From IMG/VR virus record IMGVR_UViG_3300027710_001241, positions 1 through 16,619 of that record: DNA of 16,619 nt; one strand, written 5' to 3'. A program made the position numbers and the translations under genes. The notes beneath the pieces are model-generated. The model did not search any database. It was not told the DNA's origin and worked only from the letters and a program-made list of their open reading frames with translations. Positions 7,587 to 15,396 of this stretch are shown here, piece after piece. This DNA comes from a virus (Duplodnaviria; Heunggongvirae; Uroviricota; Caudoviricetes). Every line of letters begins with the position of its first letter. The first letter of the stretch is position 1.

Positions 7587-9091
7587 ATAGTGCAGTCCTG
7601 TGTTGCATTTATATAATCTAATAATTGCTTTTTATATTGCCCTGCCATCCTTAGTCGTTTTTTTAATATTGATTTCCACGGCATGTCTTTTATTTTCCAA
7701 TTCATTAACTCTTCCTGCGAGTATCCATGACTTCTTAATGCCATGATCATCCAAGAGCCGGGCATGTTTTCTTTATACATTGCAATATCATTAAACTCTT
7801 TAGAAATAGAAAATGCAGTAGAGTGAGTCATTGTATTGCTTACCCAATCTTCTCCGTCAACATTTAATGTATATCCGTATCTGTGATGATCTTTGTCAAA
7901 TGCAGATTGATAGTGAGTATCAGTGTTTATGCTCAACGGATACCAATTATCACATAGATCTCTGCCTTCATTCCTAAACCATTCAAATGATTCTCTTAGG
8001 TCTTTTTCAGTTTCTTTTGGTAGTCCTACAATCATAGAACACGTTATCGAAATCTCACTGTTCCACTGTTTGTAATATAAATCTAACAAAAATGTCTTCA
8101 GTTTATTTCTGTCCATGCCTTTTCCTATGGCTTTTGCTGCATAAGGATGGAACGACTCTATACCAAACACCACTGAAGATAATCCCATTTCTTTTAATAA
8201 TACAATCTGTTCAGTGTGTTTATATAACAGGTCTGCTCTTAGGAAACATACAAAATTTATTTTAAATGGCAATTGTGTAAAAACAGAATGTAGTGCTGCC
8301 ACTTTTTCAGTTGAATCATTGAATGTATCGTCTGTGAAAAAATAATTAGTGGTTCCGAATTTTGTGTAATTTTCAATCAACTCTTTCTTAATAAGATCAT
8401 AGTCTCTTATGTAATCAAGTTTCTTTTTACCGTTCAGTGGGTACGCACAAAATTTACATTTAAAAATACATCCCCTAGTGATTTCAATTGGTAGTGTTTC
8501 GTTATTTAAAATTATATCCTGTTCAATAAATCTGTGTTGTAGATTTTCAATGTCGAACTTTTCTAGGTCGCCGTTAATAATGTCCTGTTTGCCTATTTTT
8601 TTATGTAAGGCCTTTTTCTTTCCGCTTTGAAGTTCGTTCAAATAGTTAACCACTGATTCTTCAGAGTAGCCATGAAACACAGCATCAAAGAACGGATTCC
8701 CCTCCATCTGCCAACTATTAGCCCCACCTGCAATTATTTTAACAGATGGGACTGACGATTTAATAAAGTCTATTGCAGATTCTATTTGAGAATCAACTCC
8801 TGCGTGTCCTCTAAAAATTGATCCGGCAGTTGGCACAAGAATTGGATTATTGTAATCTTCGTTGACAAACGAATAAAATGTAGTTGAAATTCCAACGGCT
8901 AATAATTTATCAGATACTAATTTTTCACAGATACTGATTAACTCATTCGAATTAAAAAAATCAGTAAAGTCAATAACCTGAACATCGTATCCATTTATTC
9001 GGCAGTGATGCGCCACTTGGTATGCACCTATTGATCTCTGCCAAACAGATCCTCTGGTATTTGTAAAAATTAAAAAATGTGGTAGTTGCAT
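7583..9091 (-). CDS. Radical SAM enzyme with an N-terminal cobalamin-binding-like domain (class B type)
   Basis: EITRGCIFKCKFC (CxxxCxxC), FTDDTFN, FGIESF, MIVGLPKET, and N-terminal SIGAYQVA...GYDVQVIDF and KIIAGGA segments. The ATG at 9091 is preferred over the track's TTG at 9151. Confidence 0.88.
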   Translation of the reverse strand: MQLPHFLIFTNTRGSVWQRSIGAYQVAHHCRINGYDVQVIDFTDFFNSNELISICEKLVSDKLLAVGISTTFYSFVNEDYNNPILVPTAGSIFRGHAGVDSQIESAIDFIKSSVPSVKIIAGGANSWQMEGNPFFDAVFHGYSEESVVNYLNELQSGKKKALHKKIGKQDIINGDLEKFDIENLQHRFIEQDIILNNETLPIEITRGCIFKCKFCAYPLNGKKKLDYIRDYDLIKKELIENYTKFGTTNYFFTDDTFNDSTEKVAALHSVFTQLPFKINFVCFLRADLLYKHTEQIVLLKEMGLSSVVFGIESFHPYAAKAIGKGMDRNKLKTFLLDLYYKQWNSEISITCSMIVGLPKETEKDLRESFEWFRNEGRDLCDNWYPLSINTDTHYQSAFDKDHHRYGYTLNVDGEDWVSNTMTHSTAFSISKEFNDIAMYKENMPGSWMIMALRSHGYSQEELMNWKIKDMPWKSILKKRLRMAGQYKKQLLDYINATQDCTI

Positions 9092-9099
9092 GGCCTTGA

Positions 9100-9107
9100 T
9101 ATTTATA
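9100..9107 (-). promoter_or_regulatory. TATAAATA putative late promoter for the radical SAM block
   Basis: Exact T4 late consensus, 8 nt upstream of the ATG at 9091. Confidence 0.65.
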
Positions 9108-9150
9108 ATGATATACTGCGCTGAGATTTTGTTTAGGCTGGGCAACACCA

Positions 9151-9158
9151 AATAAATA
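9151..9158 (+). promoter_or_regulatory. AATAAATA putative late promoter
   Basis: 5 nt upstream of the ATG at 9164; no SD in between. Confidence 0.6.
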
Positions 9159-9163
9159 AATGT

Positions 9164-9931
9164 ATGGAAACTATTATAGGTCTAGGAGACAAAAAATCTC
9201 CATTTTTATATCTTGATGAATATGTTAAGCAGATTGATTTAAATTTGTTAAACAACGAAATATCTAAAGGGATTGCGTTATCCAATTGGAATAAACGATT
9301 TGTTTCAAGTGGTGTTCATGATGAATGGGCAGATAAAGAAATTACTCCCTATATACGAAACTTAGAAAAACATCTAACTCCTGAACAGGTTGAGATATTT
9401 ACATCGTTTAAAACAACTGACGAAAAACTTAAATTTATTAGTTGTATACTTCCTGTACCGCATCCGTTTTGGATAGTCTATTTACGAAATAATAAACGGA
9501 TAGATTCTAGTGGCATTAACAACAAAGCAGTTTCTGCAGATTGTCATTGGACAGAAAATGCTGCACACTTTCCTACACTAGTTGACTTTGTTAAAAGCAT
9601 GCCGTTTGAAGGAATTGGAAGAGTCATGATTTTTATGACAGAGGCTAATAATCAAACAGTTCCTCACTTTGATGCAGGAACGCAAGAACAACGTTCTAAA
9701 AAACCCAATGATGATTTTATTTGGTTTACTACTTCACAACACGCTAAAAAAATATATGTTATGAATGGTACCACTAAGGAAAAGTTTTACACCGACGAAA
9801 CTAAAAAGTATATATGGTTTAATGAAATGGATTATCACGGAACTGATGCTATTCCTTATTTTACATTCTCGATAAGAATAGACGGAAAGTTTCTACCAGA
9901 TATAAAAAGCCGCTTACTAGCTAGTCTTTGA
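9164..9931 (+). CDS. Cupin/2OG-Fe(II)-type oxygenase with a long N-terminal region
   Basis: GRVMIF ... PHFD (HxD) ... WFNEMDYHG (distal His) ... FSIRIDG. Confidence 0.6.
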   Translation: METIIGLGDKKSPFLYLDEYVKQIDLNLLNNEISKGIALSNWNKRFVSSGVHDEWADKEITPYIRNLEKHLTPEQVEIFTSFKTTDEKLKFISCILPVPHPFWIVYLRNNKRIDSSGINNKAVSADCHWTENAAHFPTLVDFVKSMPFEGIGRVMIFMTEANNQTVPHFDAGTQEQRSKKPNDDFIWFTTSQHAKKIYVMNGTTKEKFYTDETKKYIWFNEMDYHGTDAIPYFTFSIRIDGKFLPDIKSRLLASL

Positions 9932-10544
9932 GTAAGAGATCGGGAAATAAAAAATCTTCAAACTTGAATGCAAATATTGCAACTATTCTAGTTTTATCAA
10001 AGTTTAATACTTGATGTTTCCATCCTGTGTTGATAAAATACATCTTGCCGGGTTCCATTAACAGTTCTTCTATGCAATCTTTGGTTTGAAAGTTAAATTT
10101 GTTATCCCCAACATCTATGCAGATTTGTGCCCTGCATACCACGCTGGTATCTGCATCAATGTGCCACGGTATGATATGATTAGGACTTGAAACTGAAATT
10201 CTAAGTCTATAAACATTTTTAAAGTATCTAAGTAGAAAAGTTTTAATTCTTTCAGTACCATCTACCCAGTTGGTGTAGTCAAATTCTGTTTTTTGATCAG
10301 AGCTATGCGATTGCAATAATATTTGTTTGTATTCTGTTTGTGACACATTGAATACTGATTTTAAGTCAATATTTTCTGCAATTTGATAGTTATCACTTCC
10401 TATGCTAGTAGGCGGAATTGTACTTGATAGATTTTTTAAATCAAATATTATTTCTTCTGGTACAGAATCGACAACAGAAAATGCCTTAAGCATTCGTCTC
10501 GACGGCCCCAATCCGTTGACTCTTTGTTTTTTAGATTCTATCAT
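9921..10544 (-). CDS. AspH-like Fe(II)/2OG oxygenase, group B
   Basis: RLRIS ... PWHID ... MEPGKMYFINTGWKHQV ... TRI. Confidence 0.72.
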   Translation of the reverse strand: MIESKKQRVNGLGPSRRMLKAFSVVDSVPEEIIFDLKNLSSTIPPTSIGSDNYQIAENIDLKSVFNVSQTEYKQILLQSHSSDQKTEFDYTNWVDGTERIKTFLLRYFKNVYRLRISVSSPNHIIPWHIDADTSVVCRAQICIDVGDNKFNFQTKDCIEELLMEPGKMYFINTGWKHQVLNFDKTRIVAIFAFKFEDFLFPDLLLKD

Positions 10545-10566
10545 AAATTAAATTTTGTTGTTTGAA

Positions 10567-10579
10567 TATTTAATAAATA
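10567..10579. promoter_or_regulatory. Back-to-back TAAATA pair (TATTTA-A-TAAATA), putative divergent late promoters
   Basis: Minus TAAATA at 10572-10567 and plus TAAATA at 10574-10579, between the divergent genes starting at 10544 and 10601. The plus gene has SD AAAGGA. Confidence 0.55.
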
Positions 10580-10600
10580 ACTAAAAGGATTAAAAAATAT

Positions 10601-11011
10601 ATGTACACTATTATTTTATACAGAAGACCGGATGTATCAACTTTATTTTTTCAGCCTGATTCAGATGTCTGGCAAAATCCTAACCTTATTAACTTTTATC
10701 AGCATATTAAAGATGAAGGAATTTTAATGTCTGATACTATAGAACTATCCGAAGACCAGTTGATTATGAAAAAAACTATGGTTTGGAAAAATTTTGAAAG
10801 TTGGTCTCAATATGTGGATGACTTTATATTAGCTTTTCCAACTTACGCCAGCGATCGTGACACTTTTCACACGGCACACAACTCTCAATACCTAGTTAAA
10901 ACTTTTTTTAATGATGAAGTTGAACTAAAGTCCGTGGGTACTATTAACGCATCTGTAATAATTCATAATAACAATGGTGTCATATCTTCGTCATATGTGA
11001 TTACTGAGTAA
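10601..11011 (+). CDS. Hypothetical protein
   Basis: 136-aa ORF with SD; TAATG coupling to the downstream desaturase. Confidence 0.8.
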   Translation: MYTIILYRRPDVSTLFFQPDSDVWQNPNLINFYQHIKDEGILMSDTIELSEDQLIMKKTMVWKNFESWSQYVDDFILAFPTYASDRDTFHTAHNSQYLVKTFFNDEVELKSVGTINASVIIHNNNGVISSSYVITE

Positions 11012-11748
11012 TGACCCCTTATAAACAAACGTTGTTTGTAGTATGGATAAATCAGATATTATTCTGCTTATCGCTTATACTAATGTGGGATAATTTGTTA
11101 ATTCCAATAGGTATTGTAGCACTATATGTATTTGGCTGCTTTAGCGAAATTTCCATTCATAGATACTATACACATAAAAGTTATGAAACTACTCCATTAA
11201 AAGAAAAGTTTTTAAGAGTATTTGCACTATTAGCAGGCCAAGGCGCTACTATATCTTGGGTCACTGTTCATAGAACTCATCATGCGTTTGAAGATACTAT
11301 TAAAGATCCGCACAGTCCTTTATTTCATCCATGGTGGAAGATACTGTTAGGTTTGTTCCCTACTCAATATAGTAACAATCTTGTTGTGGACTTGATGAGA
11401 AAAAGAAGCTGGAACTATTTTGTCTTTGAAAACAAATACTACTGGTTAATATGGACAGCAATTTGGATTGTATCGTTTCTAATTAGTAAATGGTTATTTT
11501 ATTTTATTGTTGCCGGCGCCGCCCTATGGTACGCGGCAACTAGTGCAGTAAACATCTTATCGCACGGATTTATATTAGGCACTACTCGATTTAAAGAAAC
11601 AGTTGCAACTAATAGCAGTATCCTTAATTTCTTTACAGGAATAGGAAATCATAACAATCATCACAAGTTTCCTAAAAGTTATACCTATTCCGTTGATAAT
11701 GAAATAGATATCAACGGTTGGGTCATTAAAACTTTTTTTAAAATCTAA
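11011..11748 (+). CDS. Membrane fatty-acid desaturase-like protein (delta-9/DesC-type His boxes)
   Basis: Three His boxes HRYYTH, HRTHH and HNNHH, DPHSP after box 2, and hydrophobic segments. Confidence 0.88.
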   Translation: MTPYKQTLFVVWINQILFCLSLILMWDNLLIPIGIVALYVFGCFSEISIHRYYTHKSYETTPLKEKFLRVFALLAGQGATISWVTVHRTHHAFEDTIKDPHSPLFHPWWKILLGLFPTQYSNNLVVDLMRKRSWNYFVFENKYYWLIWTAIWIVSFLISKWLFYFIVAGAALWYAATSAVNILSHGFILGTTRFKETVATNSSILNFFTGIGNHNNHHKFPKSYTYSVDNEIDINGWVIKTFFKI

Positions 11749-12343
11749 ATTCTGATTTAAGGCTGTTATGCCTTACTACTATTGTTCTCTGTTGTTTTCC
11801 TGCAAGACTTCCTAATAGCTTATTAAACATGTGAAATTTTGAAAAGGTATTAGGTGGTATAATTTCCACGTCATTAACTATATATCTATCTGTGATAGTT
11901 AATAACTGGTCATGCAGGTTTCGTCTTTTATTAAATTTTTCACCAGTGTCTACAATAGCAATATAACCGTCATATAATTTGTTACGTTCGGCTTCTGTCA
12001 TACATGCCTGATACATCATTAAAGATAGCGCTCTGTGTCTTATATAATCTAGTCCAGGTCTATTTAATGTAAAATTAGTTCCAACACTCCAAAAAGGTAA
12101 TCCACTCCAGAAAGAAATTCGCATAGTGCCCTCGACTTGTCCGTCAATTTCTCCCACTACTAATAATCCCGGGTTGTTATTATCTATGGTTGTTTTTATA
12201 TAATGGGCTGACTGATTTTCTATACTGGTACCGAACATAGATTTTTGACTAGATATAATAGTAGATACTACTTCCCGATCTGTATCAGCGTAGGGTCTTA
12301 CAGTTATCCTTGAGAATATTTCATGATTACTAACAAATTTCAT
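11738..12343 (-). CDS. Hypothetical protein, weakly GNAT-like
   Basis: TVRPYADTD start and LLVVGEIDGQVEGTMRI hairpin resemble GNAT strands; no clear acetyl-CoA loop. Confidence 0.4.
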   Translation of the reverse strand: MKFVSNHEIFSRITVRPYADTDREVVSTIISSQKSMFGTSIENQSAHYIKTTIDNNNPGLLVVGEIDGQVEGTMRISFWSGLPFWSVGTNFTLNRPGLDYIRHRALSLMMYQACMTEAERNKLYDGYIAIVDTGEKFNKRRNLHDQLLTITDRYIVNDVEIIPPNTFSKFHMFNKLLGSLAGKQQRTIVVRHNSLKSEFRF

Positions 12344-13098
12344 TTTTTAATCAACTCGATAAATTTTGCAGACAAATCAATTTCCCACCACTTTTCACCG
12401 AATCTATATTTTCCAGGCCACCTATGATGATTATTATGCCACCCGCCTCCTAGTGTAATAATTGAATTCCACAATACATTTCTACTGTTATCGGATAAGT
12501 CGTAGTTGCGATATCCTACAGCAGGATGATGAAATATTACATTACCTAGATTTTCTATCATACCAAATAAAAAGAATCCACCCAATGTAAAAAAGAATAG
12601 GCCAAAATAAGGGTCAATCAAATACATTACTAATCCAGACAACCAGTAAAATTTATAGTAGTGTCTGTGTATGACTTTAATTAACTTATCGGTATACATG
12701 TTCCTATTGGCCAATGCAGGAATTTGTTCTATTGGTTTAAATTGCCATCCTATGAATGATGTAAATATTCCGTTCGTAGGAGAGTGCAGATCTGCACTGG
12801 TATCGGATACTCTGTGATGATGTTTGTGTAGGCCTACCCAAAATATAGCACTGCCCTGGCCCGATAAGGATCCAAATATGATCATTAATACTTCCCAGAA
12901 TCTAGATGTTTTAAATGATTGGTGTGCTAAGAATCTATGAAATCCTATAGAACTTCCAAAGATTCCGATAACATAGAATCCTAGGAGAGTATATAATATA
13001 TAGGTCCATGTAAAATCAGTGATTAAAACATAGATAGCCAATAAGGATAGTACATATCCGGGCAACATGATTCGTTTAAAATGATCACTTAAATGCAT
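12340..13098 (-). CDS. Membrane fatty-acid desaturase-like protein (delta-9/DesC-type)
   Basis: GFHRFLAHQSF, HKHHH, DLHSP, GGGWHNNHH and WWEIDLS. The ATG at 13098 is preferred over the track's TTG at 13125. Confidence 0.92.
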   Translation of the reverse strand: MHLSDHFKRIMLPGYVLSLLAIYVLITDFTWTYILYTLLGFYVIGIFGSSIGFHRFLAHQSFKTSRFWEVLMIIFGSLSGQGSAIFWVGLHKHHHRVSDTSADLHSPTNGIFTSFIGWQFKPIEQIPALANRNMYTDKLIKVIHRHYYKFYWLSGLVMYLIDPYFGLFFFTLGGFFLFGMIENLGNVIFHHPAVGYRNYDLSDNSRNVLWNSIITLGGGWHNNHHRWPGKYRFGEKWWEIDLSAKFIELIKK

Positions 13099-13669
13099 TA
13101 TTAAACTTCTCTTGTAATAAATCAAATGAGGGATTAATTTTAAATCTTAGACTTAGCATCCATCGAAATGACTGCACTCCCCTATTATCAACTCTATGCC
13201 ACGTATCTGTATTAACTAGTGCAGGCTCTGTTACTAAAGTAGAAAATATAGGAACTGTTTCATTGGACTTTCCGTTTTGTATTTGCTCGTTGGTAACTCT
13301 AATGGTTGTATAATTATTTTCAACAGAGTAGACAGAAAAATCTGAATTGCTAAACCAATCCATAGATCCTGTTTCGCAATTTAAAATAGGAACGTTAAAT
13401 GCACATAATCTATCAACTCCGTCCTTGTGAATTAAACCAACAGTATTAGGTTCTATTGCAAATATTTGTAAAACAATAATCTCTTCTGGAATGCCTTGTC
13501 TGATCCATTCGGGTATCTCATCTTTTATTAGACGATGAATAATAGTGTGAGTATCTCCCCTAAGTCTGCTACTCTCTAAACATTTTTCGTTGTCTACAAA
13601 TGTCAAACCAAATTCTTTAATCTTTTCAAAGAAAGGATTCCACTTATAGTGTGTTATTAAATTTTTCAT
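13085..13669 (-). CDS. Fe(II)/2OG-type oxygenase, group A
   Basis: IHKD ... AFNVPI ... PALVNTDTWHRV ... RWMLSLRF. Confidence 0.72.
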   Translation of the reverse strand: MKNLITHYKWNPFFEKIKEFGLTFVDNEKCLESSRLRGDTHTIIHRLIKDEIPEWIRQGIPEEIIVLQIFAIEPNTVGLIHKDGVDRLCAFNVPILNCETGSMDWFSNSDFSVYSVENNYTTIRVTNEQIQNGKSNETVPIFSTLVTEPALVNTDTWHRVDNRGVQSFRWMLSLRFKINPSFDLLQEKFNNAFK

Positions 13670-14254
13670 TTAGATATTATAAGTGTGGTCGTCTGAATCA
13701 ATGTCAATAATAATATGTATACGCTCAACATTAGATCTATTTTCTGCAGAATGTTTTTTTCTGTTAGCTAATTGTGAAAGGTACCCTTCGGGCATGTGCA
13801 TAGGATGATCTTTATCTTCCCCAAAGAATAACACATCAGGGTCGGTAACAATAGGCACATGAAATCGATAGTGCTCTAAAAAGTATTTTCCAGGATCGAT
13901 ATGTTCTCCTATAATGCCGGACGGCATTAACTTAACTATCATTATCCTTCCTAATTTTGTTCCGTTTACAGAAGCAAATACCCAGTTAACTAATTTATCT
14001 ACTTCTGGGTAAAGTTGTCTTGCAGGAGTATCTTTACACTCAACAATAGCAGACAGTGCTTCGATTGTATGCGGTGTATCTTTAGTTACATTATGAACTC
14101 TTAGATGATTGGTTATACTTGTTTTAAATACTGCGGCTTCAGATCGACGATCGGGTATTGGCAGATTATTCCAATCTATTTTTAATACCTCGGCCTTGGC
14201 ATTTATAAATAGATCGTCAGGAACTTTAGATAATACTCTAATAACTTGGTTCAT
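13670..14254 (-). CDS. AspH-like Fe(II)/2OG oxygenase, group B
   Basis: GRIMIVKLMPSG ... EHID ... RFHVPI ... HMPEG ... KHSAEN ... ERIHIIID. Confidence 0.8.
   Translation of the reverse strand: MNQVIRVLSKVPDDLFINAKAEVLKIDWNNLPIPDRRSEAAVFKTSITNHLRVHNVTKDTPHTIEALSAIVECKDTPARQLYPEVDKLVNWVFASVNGTKLGRIMIVKLMPSGIIGEHIDPGKYFLEHYRFHVPIVTDPDVLFFGEDKDHPMHMPEGYLSQLANRKKHSAENRSNVERIHIIIDIDSDDHTYNI
14204..14211 (+). promoter_or_regulatory. TATAAATA inside the opposite-strand gene, candidate promoter for the gene at 14275
   Basis: Exact octamer 63 nt upstream of the ATG at 14275, whose short intergenic region has no plus-strand motif. Confidence 0.35.
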
Positions 14255-14259
14255 GAAGA

Positions 14260-14267
14260 TATTTATA
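14260..14267 (-). promoter_or_regulatory. TATAAATA putative late promoter
   Basis: Exact octamer 5 nt upstream of the ATG at 14254; no SD. Confidence 0.65.
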
Positions 14268-14274
14268 GATTGCT

Positions 14275-14820
14275 ATGCTAGACTTTAAATTTTATAAGAC
14301 GACTACGTTGTCATGTTTCCCTTCAATTAGTAAGGCCCTACTAGAAAAACATAAAGATAAATTTAATACAAATGAAAGAAGCGCAGTGTTATTGCCTTGG
14401 ACACAAGAAAACTTTTTAGATTTGTATGATGAAATAAACTCGTTAGTTAAACCAAAAGGTTTACATGTTACTATTTCTAGATTTTTTATTACTCCGCCGA
14501 ACGGACGTCTCGGAGTTCATGTGGATAGTCACGAACTAAATCCTAACGCATACGCTTTAAATATCCCTATATTGGTAGATTCAAAAGACCATGTTATGAA
14601 TTGGTTCGACTACGATGGCGAAATTTTTTCAAAAGTAACTCCGACATATAATAAAGCGATTGCTCCGTTAACGCCGGAAAAGCTTCAGTTAGTTGAAAGT
14701 TATTTGTTAATAGAACCTACATACGTTCAGGTTGGAGTATTTCATGAAGTATTGAATACAAGTAGTTTACCGAGAATTGTATTAAGTATTAGATTTTCAA
14801 ACTCGTTTAAAGTGGGTTAA
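14275..14820 (+). CDS. Fe(II)/2OG-type oxygenase, group A
   Basis: VHVD ... ALNIPI ... PTYVQVGVFHEV ... PRIVLSIRF. Confidence 0.72.
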   Translation: MLDFKFYKTTTLSCFPSISKALLEKHKDKFNTNERSAVLLPWTQENFLDLYDEINSLVKPKGLHVTISRFFITPPNGRLGVHVDSHELNPNAYALNIPILVDSKDHVMNWFDYDGEIFSKVTPTYNKAIAPLTPEKLQLVESYLLIEPTYVQVGVFHEVLNTSSLPRIVLSIRFSNSFKVG

Positions 14821-15382
14821 GGTCTGATTTCCACGGTGTATTAATAATGCAATTATCTTTTTTTCTAAATCTTTCAATAAATTTTTTATATTCAGTTACA
14901 GCCTGATGTTTAGAAATATTTTGATATGGTCTAAAATGTCTTACTATAAATCCTGCATCCCATACACCTTGTCCTAGATCTCTTTTATCATCCTCTTTCC
15001 ATACTTGTCCGTTATCTAATATAGGATCTTCATCAAAAATTCTTTGAACAGTTTTTAGATCTCTCCAAATTTCAATATAGTCGATGCTACGGCTTACTGG
15101 ATTAAATGATTTTACTCTCCACACTAGGTCTCCATTTTGTGCAGATTGATTAAATGCTTCATTATGATTCTTCCACTTTTCCTGCAAGTGTGTGGTTTGT
15201 TTCCTAACATTTAAACCTGCATTATTTCCTTCTACAAAATAATTCTTTACAAAAGATTCATTGTCAAATCTATGCTGTATCCAAAGATATCTTACCACCC
15301 ATCCAATCTCGCCGTCTGGATCGATAAGAGAATTCATTGGTGATGTTGTGTTATCTATAAAACAAATTGCGTTAATGTGCAT
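14807..15382 (-). CDS. Hypothetical protein (191 aa)
   Basis: The ATG at 15382 (MHINAICF) is preferred over the track's TTG at 15430, which would overlap the divergent gene. Confidence 0.78.
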   Translation of the reverse strand: MHINAICFIDNTTSPMNSLIDPDGEIGWVVRYLWIQHRFDNESFVKNYFVEGNNAGLNVRKQTTHLQEKWKNHNEAFNQSAQNGDLVWRVKSFNPVSRSIDYIEIWRDLKTVQRIFDEDPILDNGQVWKEDDKRDLGQGVWDAGFIVRHFRPYQNISKHQAVTEYKKFIERFRKKDNCIINTPWKSDLNPL

Positions 15383-15383
15383 A

Positions 15384-15396
15384 TATAAATATTTAC
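15384..15396. promoter_or_regulatory. Overlapping bidirectional TAAATA promoter (palindrome TAAATATTTA)
   Basis: Plus TATAAATA at 15384-15391 and minus GTAAATA at 15396-15390, within a 14-nt divergent gap. Confidence 0.65.

Noticed and set aside
5853-14820. TET/JBP DNA-modifying identity for the oxygenases
   Set aside because: Motif spacing looks AspH-like or generic DSBH, and no DNA methyltransferase partner is in view.
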